DNA of 64,000 nucleotides from Eledone cirrhosa (Eukaryota): assembly GCA_964016885.1 (NCBI GenBank), contig OZ024740.1, forward strand, positions 205,344,001 to 205,408,000, read 5' to 3'. Below are positions 24,001 to 36,000 of this stretch, piece after piece; position 1 is the first letter of the stretch; each line of letters starts with the position of its first letter. The notes under the pieces are model-generated. The model ran no database searches and was not told where the DNA came from. It worked only from the letters and a program-made list of their open reading frames with translations. The translations under genes were made by a program, and so were the position numbers.

Positions 24001-27000
24001 CAGTGTGTGTGTTGGTGTCAGTGTGTGTGTTGGTGTCAGTGTGTGTGTTGGTGTCAGTGTGTGTGTTGGTGTCAGTGTGTGTGTTGGTGTCAGTGTGTGT
24101 GTGTTGGTGTCAGTGTGTGTGTGTTGGTGTCAGTGTGTGTGTTGGTGTCAGTGTGTGTGTTGGTGTCAGTGTGTGTTGGTGTCAGTGTGTATGTTGGTGT
24201 CAGTGTGTGTGTTGGTGTCAGTGTGTGTGTTGGTGTCAGTGTGTGTGTTGGTGTCAGTGTGTGTGTGTTGATGTCAGTGTGTGTGTGTTGGTGTCAGTGT
24301 GTGTGTTGGTGTCAGTGTGTGTGTTGGTGTCAGTGTGTGTTGGTGTCAGTGTGTATGTTGGTGTCAGTGTGTGTGTGTTGGTGTCAGTGTGTGTGTGTTG
24401 GTGTCAGTGTTTGTGTTGGTGTCACTGTGTGTTTTGGTGTCAGTGTGTGTGTGTTGGTGTCAGTGTGTGTGTTGGTGTCAGTGTGTGTGTTGGTGTCAGT
24501 GTGTGTGTGTTGGTATCAGCGTGTGTGTTTGTATCAGTGTGTGTGTTGGTGTCAGTGTGTGTGTGTTGGTATCAGCGTGTGTGTTGGTGTCAGTGTGTGT
24601 ATTGGTGTCAGTGTGTGTGTGTTGGTGTCAGCGTGTGTGTTGGTGTCAGTGTGTGTGTTGGTATCAGTGTGTGTGTTGGTGTCAGTGTGTGTTGGTGTCA
24701 GTGTGTGTTGGTATCAGTGTGTGTGTTGGTGTCAGTGTGTGTGTGTTGGTGTCAGCGTGTGTGTTGGTGTCAGTGTGTGTGTTGGTGTCAGTGTGTGTGT
24801 TGGTGTCAGTGTGTGTGTTGGTGTCAGTGTGTGTGTGTTGGTGTCAGTGTGTGTGTTGGTGTCAGTGTGTGTGTGTTGGTGTCAGTGTGTGTGTTGGTGT
24901 CATTGTGTGTGTTGGTGTCAGTGTGTGTGTGTTGGTGTCAGTGTGTGTGTTGGTGTCAGTGTGTGTGTTGGTGTCAGTGTGTGTGTTGGTATCAGCGTGT
25001 GTGTTGGTGTCAGTGTGTGTGTTGGTGACAGTGTGTGTTGGTGTCAGTGTGTGTGTTGGTATCAGCGTGTGTGTTGGTGTCAGTGTGTGTGTGTTGGTGT
25101 CAGTGTGTGTGTTGGTATCAGCGTGTGTGTTGGTATCAGTGTGTGTGTTGGTATCAGTGTGTGTGTTGGTGTCAGTGTCTGTGTTGGTGTCATGTGTGTG
25201 TGTTGGTGTCAGTGTGTGTGTTGGTATCAGCGTGTGTGTTGGTATCAGTGTGTGTGTTGGTATCAGTGTGTGTGTTGGTGTCAGTGTGTGTGTTGGTGTC
25301 AGTGTGTGTGTGTTGGTGTCAGTGTGTGTGTTGGTGTCAGTGTGTGTGTTGGTGTCAGTGTGTGTGTGTTGGTGTCAGTGTGTGTGTTGGTGTCAGTGTG
25401 TGTGTGTTGGTGTCAGTGTGTGTGTTGGTGTCAGTGTGTGTGTTGGTGTCAGTGTGTGTGTGTTGGTGTCAGTGTGTGTGTTGGTGTCAGTGTGTGTGTT
25501 GGTGTCAGTGTGTGTGTTGGTATCAGCGTGTGTGTTGGTGTCAGTGTGTGTGTTGGTGACAGTGTGTGTTGGTGTCAGTGTGTGTGTTGGTATCAGCGTG
25601 TGTGTTGGTGTCAGTGTGTGTGTGTTGGTGTCAGTGTGTGTGTTGGTATCAGCGTGTGTGTTGGTATCAGTGTGTGTGTTGGTATCAGTGTGTGTGTTGG
25701 TGTCAGTGTCTGTGTTGGTGTCATGTGTGTGTGTTGGTGTCAGTGTGTGTGTTGGTATCAGCGTGTGTGTTGGTATCAGTGTGTGTGTTGGTATCAGTGT
25801 GTGTGTTGGTGTCAGTGTGTGTGTTGGTGTCAGTGTGTGTGTGTTGGTGTCAGTGTGTGTGTTGGTGTCAGTGTGTGTGTTGGTATCAGTGTGTGTGTTG
25901 GTGTCAGTGTGTGTGTTGGTGTCAGTGTGTGTGTGTGTTGGTGTCAGTGTGTGTGTTGGTGTCAGTGTGTGTTTTGGTGTCAGTGTGTGTGTGTTGGTGT
26001 CAGTGTGTGTGTTGGTATCAGTGTGTGTGTTGGTGTCAGTGTGTGTGTTGGTGTCAGTGTGTGTGTTGGTGTCAGTGTGTGTGTTGGTGTCAGTGTGTGT
26101 GTTGGTGTCAGTGTGTGTGTTGGTGTCAGTGTGTGTGTGTTGGTGTCAGTGTGTGTGTGTTGGTGTCAGTGTGTGTGTTGGTGTCAGTGTGTGTGTTGGT
26201 GTCAGTGTGTGTTGGTGTCAGTGTGTATGTTGGTGTCAGTGTGTGTGTTGGTGTCAGTGTGTGTGTTGGTGTCAGTGTGTGTGTTGGTGTCAGTGTGTGT
26301 GTGTTGGTGTCAGTGTGTGTGTGTTGGTGTCAGTGTGTGTGTTGGTGTCAGTGTGTGTGTTGGTGTCAGTGTGTGTTGGTGTCAGTGTGTATGTTGGTGT
26401 CAGTGTGTGTGTGTTGGTGTCAGTGTGTGTGTTGGTGTCAGTGTGTGTGTGTTGGTGTCAGTGTTTGTGTTGGTGTCACTGTGTGTTTTGGTGTCAGTGT
26501 GTGTGTGTTGGTGTCAGTGTGTGTGTTGGTGTCAGTGTGTGTGTTGGTGTCAGTGTGTGTGTGTTGGTATCAGCGTGTGTGTTTGTATCAGTGTGTGTGT
26601 TGGTGTCAGTGTGTGTGTGTTGGTATCAGCGTGTGTGTTGGTGTCAGTGTGTGTATTGGTGTCAGTGTGTGTGTGTTGGTGTCAGCGTGTGTGTTGGTGT
26701 CAGTGTGTGTGTTGGTATCAGTGTGTGTGTTGGTGTCAGTGTGTGTTGGTGTCAGTGTGTGTTGGTATCAGTGTGTGTGTTGGTGTCAGTGTGTGTGTGT
26801 TGGTGTCAGCGTGTGTGTTGGTGTCAGTGTGTGTGTTGGTGTCAGTGTGTGTGTTGGTGTCAGTGTGTGTGTTGGTGTCAGTGTGTGTGTGTTGGTGTCA
26901 GTGTGTGTGTTGGTGGCAGTGTGTGTTGGTGTCAGTGTGTGTGTTGGTGTCAGTGTGTGTGTGTTGGTGTCAGCGTGTGTGTTGGTGTCAGTGTGTGTGT

Positions 27001-30000
27001 TGGTGTCAGTGTGTGTGTGTTGGTGTCAGTGTGTGTGTTGGTGTCAGTGTGTGTGTTGGTGTCAGTGTGTGTGTTGGTGTCAGTGTGTGTGTTGGTGTCA
27101 GTGGGTGTTGGTGTCAGTGTGTGTGTGTTGGTGTCAGTGTGTGTGTTGGTGTCAGTGTGTGTATTGGTGTCAGTGTGTGTTGGTGTCAGTGTGTGTGTGT
27201 TGGTATCAGTGTGTGTGTTGGTGTCAGTGTGTGTTGGTGTCAGTGTGTGTGTGTTGGTGTCAGTGTGTGTGTGTTGGTGTCAGTGTGTGTGTTGGTGTCA
27301 GTGTGTGTGTTGGTGTCAGTGTGTGTGTTGGTGTCAGTGTGTGTGTGTTGGTGTCAGTGTGTGTGTGTTGGTGTCAGTGTGTGTGTTGGTGTCAGTGTGT
27401 GTGTTGGTGTCAGTGTGTGTGTTGGTGTCAGTGTGTGTGTTTGTGTCAGTGTGTGTGTTGGTGTCAGTGTGTGTGTTGGTATCAGTGTGTGTGTTGGTGT
27501 CAGTGTGTGTGTGTTGGTGTCAGTGTGTGTGTTGGTGTCAGTGTGTGTGTTGGTGTCAGTGTGTGTGTTGGTGTCAGTGTGTGTGTTGGTGTCAGTGTGT
27601 GTGTGTTGGTGTCAGTGTGTGTTGGTGTCAGTGTGTGTGTTGGTGTCAGTGTGTGTGTGTTGGTGTCAGAGTGTGTGTTGGTGTCAGTGTGTGTGTTGGT
27701 GTCAGTGTGTGTGTTGGTATCAGTGTGTGTGTTGGTGTCAGTGTGTGTGTTGGTGTCAGTGTGTGTGTTGGTGTCAGTGTGTGTGTGTTGGTGTCAGTGT
27801 GTGTGTTGGTGTCAGTGTGTGTGTGTTGGTGTCAGTGTGTGTGTGTTGGTGTCAGTGTGTGTGTTGGTGTCAGTGTGTGTGTTTGTGTCAGTGTGTGTGT
27901 TGGTGTCAGTGTGTGTGTTGGTACCAGTGTGTGTGTTGGTGTCAGTGTGTGTGTGTTGGTGTCAGTGTGTGTGTTGGTGTCAGTGTGTGTGTTGGTGTCA
28001 GTGTGTGTGTTGGTGTCAGTGTGTGTGTTTGTGTCAGTGTGTGTGTTGGTGTCAGTGTGTGTGTTGGTATCAGTGTGTGTGTTGGTGTCAGTGTGTGTGT
28101 GTTGGTGTCAGTGTGTGTGTTGGTGTCAGTGTGTGTGTTGGTGTCAGTGTGTGTGTTGGTGTCAGTGTGTGTGTTGGTGTCAGTGTGTGTGTGTTGGTGT
28201 CAGTGTGTGTTGGTGTCAGTGTGTGTGTTGGTGTCAGTGTGTGTGTGTTGGTGTCAGAGTGTGTGTTGGTGTCAGTGTGTGTGTTGGTGTCAGTGTGTGT
28301 TGGTGTTAGTGTGTGTGTTGGTGTCAGTGTGTGTGTTGGTGTCAGTGTGTGTGTTGGTGTCAGTGTGTGTGTTGGTGTCAGTGTGTGTGTTGGTATCAGT
28401 GTGTGTGTTGGTGTCAGTGTGTGTGTTGGTGTCAGTGTGTTTGTTGGTGTCAGTGTGTGTGTTGGTGTCAGTGTGTGTGTTGGTGTCAGTGTGTGTGTTG
28501 GTGTCAGTGTGTGTGTGTTGGTGTCAGTGTGTGTGTTGGTATCAGTGTGTGTGTTGGTGTCAGTGTGTGTGTTGGTATCAGTGTGTGTGTTGGTGTCAGT
28601 GTTTGTGTGTTGGTGTCAGTGTGTGTGTTGGTATCAGTGTGTGTATTGGTGTCAGTGTGTGTGTGTTGGTGTCAGTGTGTGTGTTGGTATCAGTGTGTGT
28701 GTTGGTGTCATTGTGTGTGTTGGTGTCAGTGTGTGTGTGTTGGTGTCAGTGTGTGTGTTGGTATCAGTGTGTGTGTTGGTGTCAGTGTGTGTTGGTGTCA
28801 GTGTGTGTGTTGGTGTCAGTGTGTGTGTTGGTGTCAGTGTGTGTGTTGGTGTCAGTGTGTGTGTTGGTGTCAGTGTGTGTGTGTTGGTGTCAGTGTGTGT
28901 GTTGGTGTCAGTGTGTGTGTTGGTGTCAGTGTGTGTGTTGGATTCAGTGTGTGTGTGTTGGTGTCAGTGTGTGTGTTGGTGTCAGTGTGTGTGTTGGTGT
29001 CAGTGTGTGTGTTGGTATCAGTGTGTGTGTTGGTGTCATTGTGTGTGTGTTGGTGTCAGTGTGTGTGTTGGTGTCAGTGTGTGTGTTGGTATCAGTGTGT
29101 GTGTGTTGGTGACAGTGTGTGTGTTGGTGTCAGTGTATGTGTTGGTGTCAGTGTGTGTGTGTTGGTGTCAGTGTGTGTGTTGGTGTCAGTGTGTGTGTTG
29201 GTATCAGTGTGTGTGTTGGTGTCAGTGTGTGTGTGTTGGTGTCAGTGTGTGTGTTGGTGTCAGTGTGTGTGTGTTGGTGTCAGTGTGTGTGTTGGTGTCA
29301 GTGTGTGTGTGTTGGTGTCAGTGTGTGTGTTGGTGTCAGTGTGTGTGTGTTGGTGTCAGTGTGTGTGTGTTGGTGTCAGTGTGTGTGTTGGTGTCAGTGT
29401 GTGTGTTGGTGTCAGTGTGTGTGTTGGTGTCAGTGTGTGTGTTGGTGTCAGTGTGTGTGTTGGTGTCAGTGTGTGTGTTGGTGTCAGTGTGTGTGTTGGT
29501 GTCAGTGTGTGTGTTGGTGTCAGTGTGTGTGTGTTGGTGTCAGTGTGTGTGTTGGTGTCAGTGTGTGTGTGTTGGTGTCAGTGTGTGTGTGTTGGTGTCA
29601 GTGTGTGTGTGTTGGTGTCAGTGTGTGTGTTGGTGTCAGTGTGTGTGTTGGTGTCAGTGTGTGTGTTGGTGTCAGTGTGTGTGTTGGTGTCAGTGTGTGT
29701 GTTGGTGTAAGTGTGTGTGTGTTGGTGTCAGTGTGTGTGTTGGTGTCAGTGTGTGTGTGGGTGTCAGTGTGTGTGTGTTGGTATCAGTGTGTGCGTTGGT
29801 GTCAGTGTGTGTTGGTGTCAGTGTGTGTGTTGGTGTCAGTGTGTGTTTTGGTGTCAGTGTGTGTGTGTTGTTATCCGTTTGTGTGTTGGTGTCAGTGTGT
29901 GTGTTGGTGTCAGTGTGTGTGTGTTGGTATCAGTGTGTGTGTTGGTATCAGTGTGTGTGTTGGTGTCAGTGTGTGTGTGTGTGTTGGTGTCAGTGTGTGT

Positions 30001-33000
30001 GTTGGTGTCAGTGTGTGTGTTGGTGTCAGTGTGTGTGTGTTGGTGTCAGTGTGTGTGTTGGTGTCAGTGTGTGTGTTGGTGTCAGTGTGTGTGTGGGTGT
30101 CAGTGTGTGTGTGTTGGTATCAGTGTGTGTGTTGGTGTCAGTGTGTGTTGGTGTCAGTGTGTGTGTTGGTGTCAGTGTGTGTGTGTTGGTGTCAGTGTGT
30201 GTGTGTTGGTATCAGTGTGTGTGTTGGTGTCAGTGTGTGTGTGTGTGTTGGTGTCAGTGTGTGTGTGTGTGTTGGTGTCAGTGTGTGTGTTGGTGTCAGT
30301 GTGTGTGTGTTGGTGTCAGTGTGTGTGTTGGTGTCAGTGTGTGTGTGTTGGTGTCAGTGTGTGTGTTGGTGTCTGTGTGTGTGTGTTGGTGTCAGTGTGT
30401 GTGTTGGTGTCAGTGTGTGTGTGTTGGTGTCAGTGTGTGTGTTGGTGTCAGTGTGTGTGTTGGTGTCAGTGTCTGTGTTGGTGTCATGTGTGTGTGTTGG
30501 TGTCAGTGTGTGTGTTGGTATCAGCGTGTGTGTTGGTATCAGTGTGTGTGTTGGTATCAGTGTGTGTGTTGGTGTCAGTGTGTGTGTTGGTGTCAGTGTG
30601 TGTGTGTTGGTGTCAGTGTGTGTGTTGGTGTCAGTGTGTGTGTTGGTATCAGTGTGTGTGTTGGTGTCAGTGTGTGTGTTGGTGTCAGTGTGTGTGTGTG
30701 TTGGTGTCAGTGTGTGTGTTGGTGTCAGTGTGTGTTTTGGTGTCAGTGTGTGTGTGTTGGTGTCAGTGTGTGTGTTGGTATCAGTGTGTGTGTTGGTGTC
30801 AGTGTGTGTGTTGGTGTCAGTGTGTGTGTTGGTGTCAGTGTGTGTGTGTTGGTGTCAGTGTGTGTGTTGGTGTCAGTGTGTGTGTTGGTGTCAGTGTGTG
30901 TGTGTTGGTGTCAGTGTGTGTGTGTTGGTGTCAGTGTGTGTGTTGGTGTCAGTGTGTGTGTTGGTGTCAGTGTGTGTTGGTGTCAGTGTGTATGTTGGTG
31001 TCAGTGTGTGTGTGTTGGTGTCAGTGTTTGTGTTGGTGTCACTGTGTGTGTTGGTGTCAGTGTGTGTGTGTTGGTGTCAGTGTGTGTGTTGGTGTCACTG
31101 TGTGTTTTGGTGTCAGTGTGTGTGTGTTGGTGTCAGTGTGTGTGTTGGTGTCAGTGTGTGTGTTGGTGTCAGTGTGTGTGTGTTGGTATCAGCGTGTGTG
31201 TTTGTATCAGTGTGTGTGTTGGTGTCAGTGTGTGTGTGTTGGTATCAGCGTGTGTGTTGGTGTCAGTGTGTGTATTGGTGTCAGTGTGTGTGTGTTGGTG
31301 TCAGCGTGTGTGTTGGTGTCAGTGTGTGTTGGTGTCAGTGTGTGTTGGTATCAGTGTGTGTGTTGGTGTCAGTGTGTGTGTGTTGGTGTCAGCGTGTGTG
31401 TTGGTGTCAGTGTGTGTGTTGGTGTCAGTGTGTGTGTTGGTGTCAGTGTGTGTGTTGGTGTCAGTGTGTGTGTGTTGGTGTCAGTGTGTGTGTTGGTGGC
31501 AGTGTGTGTTGGTGTCAGTGTGTGTGTTGGTGTCAGTGTGTGTGTGTTGGTGTCAGCGTGTGTGTTGGTGTCAGTGTGTGTGTTGGTGTCAGTGTGTGTG
31601 TGTTGGTGTCAGTGTGTGTGTTGGTGTCAGTGTGTGTGTTGGTGTCAGTGTGTGTGTTGGTGTCAGTGTGTGTGTTGGTGTCAGTGGGTGTTGGTGTCAG
31701 TGTGTGTGTGTTGGTGTCAGTGTGTGTGTTGGTGTCAGTGTGTGTATTGGTGTCAGTGTGTGTTGGTGTCAGTGTGTGTGTGTTGGTATCAGTGTGTGTG
31801 TTGGTGTCAGTGTGTGTTGGTGTCAGTGTGTGTGTGTTGGTGTCAGTGTGTGTGTTGGTGTCAGTGTGTGTGTTGGTGTCAGTGTGTGTGTTGGTGTCAG
31901 TGTGTGTGTTGGTGTCAGTGTGTGTGTTGGTGTCAGTGTGTGTGTTGGTGTCAGTGTGTGTGTGTTGGTGTCAGTGTGTGTGTTGGTGTCAGTGTGTGTG
32001 TTGGTGTCAGTGTGTGTGTTGGTATCAGTGTGTGTGTTGGTGTCAGTGTGTGTGTGTTGGTGTCAGTGTGTGTGTTGGTGTCAGTGTGTGTGTGTTGGTG
32101 TCAGTGTGTGTGTTGGTATCAGTGTGTGTGTGTTGGTGACAGTGTGTGTGTTGGTGTCAGTGTGTGTGTTGGTGTCAGTGTGTGTGTGTTGGTGTCAGTG
32201 TGTGTGTTGGTGTCAGTGTGTGTGTTGGTGTCAGTGTGTGTGTTGGTGTCAGTGTGTGTGTTGGTGTCAGTGTGTGTGTGTTGGTGTCAGTGTGTGTGTT
32301 GGTGTCAGTGTGTGTGTGTTGGTGTCAGTGTGTGTGTTGGCGTCAGTGTGTGTGTTGGTGTCAGTGTGTGTGTTGGTGTCAGTGTGTGTGTGTTGGTGTC
32401 AGTGTGTGTGTTGGTGTCAGTGTTTGTGTGTTGGTGTCAGTGTGTGTGTGTTGGTGTCAGTGTGTGTGTTGGTGTCAGTGTGTGTGTTGGTGTCAGTGTG
32501 TGTGTTGGTGTCAGTGTGTGTGTTGGTGTCAGTGTGTGTGTTGGTGTCAGTGTGTGTGTTGGTATCAGTGTGTGTGTTGGTGTCAGTGTGTGTGTGTTGG
32601 TGTCAGTGTGTGTGTTGGTGTCAGTGTGTGTGTTGGTGTCAGTGTGTGTGTGTTGGTGTCAGTGTGTGTGTGTTGGTATCAGTGTGTGTGTTGGTGTCAG
32701 TGTGTGTGTGTGTGTTGGTGTCAGTGTGTGTGTGTGTGTTGGTGTCAGTGTGTGTGTTGGTGTCAGTGTGTGTGTGTTGGTGTCAGTGTGTGTGTTGGTG
32801 TCAGTGTGTGTGTTGGTGTCAGTGTGTGTGTGGGTGTCAGTGTGTGTGTGTTGGTATCAGTGTGTGCGTTGGTGTCAGTGTGTGTTGGTGTCAGTGTGTG
32901 TGTTGGTGTCAGTGTGTGTTTTGGTGTCAGTGTGTGTGTGTTGTTATCCGTTTGTGTGTTGGTGTCAGTGTGTGTGTTGGTGTCAGTGTGTGTGTGTTGG

Positions 33001-36000
33001 TATCAGTGTGTGTGTTGGTATCAGTGTGTGTGTTGGTGTCAGTGTGTGTGTGTGTGTTGGTGTCAGTGTGTGTGTTGGTGTCAGTGTGTGTGTTGGTGTC
33101 AGTGTGTGTGTGTTGGTGTCAGTGTGTGTGTTGGTGTCAGTGTGTGTGTTGGTGTCAGTGTGTGTGTGGGTGTCAGTGTGTGTGTGTTGGTATCAGTGTG
33201 TGTGTTGGTGTCAGTGTGTGTTGGTGTCAGTGTGTGTGTTGGTGTCAGTGTGTGTGTGTTGGTGTCAGTGTGTGTGTGTTGGTATCAGTGTGTGTGTTGG
33301 TGTCAGTGTGTGTGTGTGTGTTGGTGTCAGTGTGTGTGTGTGTGTTGGTGTCAGTGTGTGTGTTGGTGTCAGTGTGTGTGTGTTGGTGTCAGTGTGTGTG
33401 TTGGTGTCAGTGTGTGTGTGTTGGTGTCAGTGTGTGTGTTGGTGTCAGTGTGTGTGTGTTGGTGTCAGTGTGTGTGTTGGTGTCAGTGTGTGTGTGTTGG
33501 TGTCAGTGTGTGTGTTGGTGTCAGTGTGTGTGTTGGTGTCAGTGTCTGTGTTGGTGTCATGTGTGTGTGTTGGTGTCAGTGTGTGTGTTGGTATCAGCGT
33601 GTGTGTTGGTATCAGTGTGTGTGTTGGTATCAGTGTGTGTGTTGGTGTCAGTGTGTGTGTTGGTGTCAGTGTGTGTGTGTTGGTGTCAGTGTGTGTGTTG
33701 GTGTCAGTGTGTGTGTTGGTATCAGTGTGTGTGTTGGTGTCAGTGTGTGTGTTGGTGTCAGTGTGTGTGTGTGTTGGTGTCAGTGTGTGTGTTGGTGTCA
33801 GTGTGTGTTTTGGTGTCAGTGTGTGTGTGTTGGTGTCAGTGTGTGTGTTGGTATCAGTGTGTGTGTTGGTGTCAGTGTGTGTGTTGGTGTCAGTGTGTGT
33901 GTTGGTGTCAGTGTGTGTGTTGGTGTCAGTGTGTGTGTTGGTGTCAGTGTGTGTGTTGGTGTCAGTGTGTGTGTGTTGGTGTCAGTGTGTGTGTGTTGGT
34001 GTCAGTGTGTGTGTTGGTGTCAGTGTGTGTGTTGGTGTCAGTGTGTGTTGGTGTCAGTGTGTATGTTGGTGTCAGTGTGTGTGTGTTGGTGTCAGTGTTT
34101 GTGTTGGTGTCACTGTGTGTGTTGGTGTCAGTGTGTGTGTGTTGGTGTCAGTGTGTGTGTTGGTGTCACTGTGTGTTTTGGTGTCAGTGTGTGTGTGTTG
34201 GTGTCAGTGTGTGTGTTGGTGTCAGTGTGTGTGTTGGTGTCAGTGTGTGTGTGTTGGTATCAGCGTGTGTGTTTGTATCAGTGTGTGTGTTGGTGTCAGT
34301 GTGTGTGTGTTGGTATCAGCGTGTGTGTTGGTGTCAGTGTGTGTATTGGTGTCAGTGTGTGTGTGTTGGTGTCAGCGTGTGTGTTGGTGTCAGTGTGTGT
34401 TGGTGTCAGTGTGTGTTGGTATCAGTGTGTGTGTTGGTGTCAGTGTGTGTGTGTTGGTGTCAGCGTGTGTGTTGGTGTCAGTGTGTGTGTTGGTGTCAGT
34501 GTGTGTGTTGGTGTCAGTGTGTGTGTTGGTGTCAGTGTGTGTGTGTTGGTGTCAGTGTGTGTGTTGGTGGCAGTGTGTGTTGGTGTCAGTGTGTGTGTTG
34601 GTGTCAGTGTGTGTGTGTTGGTGTCAGCGTGTGTGTTGGTGTCAGTGTGTGTGTTGGTGTCAGTGTGTGTGTGTTGGTGTCAGTGTGTGTGTTGGTGTCA
34701 GTGTGTGTGTTGGTGTCAGTGTGTGTGTTGGTGTCAGTGTGTGTGTTGGTGTCAGTGGGTGTTGGTGTCAGTGTGTGTGTGTTGGTGTCAGTGTGTGTGT
34801 TGGTGTCAGTGTGTGTATTGGTGTCAGTGTGTGTTGGTGTCAGTGTGTGTGTGTTGGTATCAGTGTGTGTGTTGGTGTCAGTGTGTGTTGGTGTCAGTGT
34901 GTGTGTGTTGGTGTCAGTGTGTGTGTTGGTGTCAGTGTGTGTGTTGGTGTCAGTGTGTGTGTTGGTGTCAGTGTGTGTGTTGGTGTCAGTGTGTGTGTTG
35001 GTGTCAGTGTGTGTGTTGGTGTCAGTGTGTGTGTTGGTGTCAGTGTGTGTGTGTTGGTGTCAGTGTGTGTGTTGGTGTCAGTGTGTGTGTTGGTGTCAGT
35101 GTGTGTGTTGGTATCAGTGTGTGTGTTGGTGTCAGTGTGTGTGTGTTGGTGTCAGTGTGTGTGTTGGTGTCAGTGTGTGTGTGTTGGTGTCAGTGTGTGT
35201 GTTGGTATCAGTGTGTGTGTGTTGGTGACAGTGTGTGTGTTGGTGTCAGTGTGTGTGTTGGTGTCAGTGTGTGTGTGTTGGTGTCAGTGTGTGTGTTGGT
35301 GTCAGTGTGTGTGTTGGTGTCAGTGTGTGTGTTGGTGTCAGTGTGTGTGTTGGTGTCAGTGTGTGTGTGTTGGTGTCAGTGTGTGTGTTGGTGTCAGTGT
35401 GTGTGTGTTGGTGTCAGTGTGTGTGTTGGCGTCAGTGTGTGTGTTGGTGTCAGTGTGTGTGTTGGTGTCAGTGTGTGTGTGTTGGTGTCAGTGTGTGTGT
35501 TGGTGTCAGTGTTTGTGTGTTGGTGTCAGTGTGTGTGTGTTGGTGTCAGTGTGTGTGTTGGTGTCAGTGTGTGTGTTGGTGTCAGTGTGTGTGTTGGTGT
35601 CAGTGTGTGTGTTGGTGTCAGTGTGTGTGTTGGTGTCAGTGTGTGTGTTGGTATCAGTGTGTGTGTTGGTGTCAGTGTGTGTGTGTTGGTGTCAGTGTGT
35701 GTGTTGGTGTCAGTGTGTGTGTTGGTGTCAGTGTGTGTGTTGGTGTCAGTGTGTGTGTTGGTGTCAGTGTGTGTGTGTTGGTGTCAGTGTGTGTTGGTGT
35801 CAGTGTGTGTGTTGGTGTCAGTGTGTGTGTTTTGGTGTCAGAGTGTGTGTTGGTGTCAGTGTGTGTGTTGGTGTCAGTGTGTGTGTTGGTATCAGTGTGT
35901 GTGTTGGTGTCAGTGTGTGTGTTGGTGTCAGTGTGTGTGTTGGTGTCAGTGTGTGTGTTGGTGTCAGTGTGTGTGTGTTGGTGTCAGTGTGTGTGTTGGT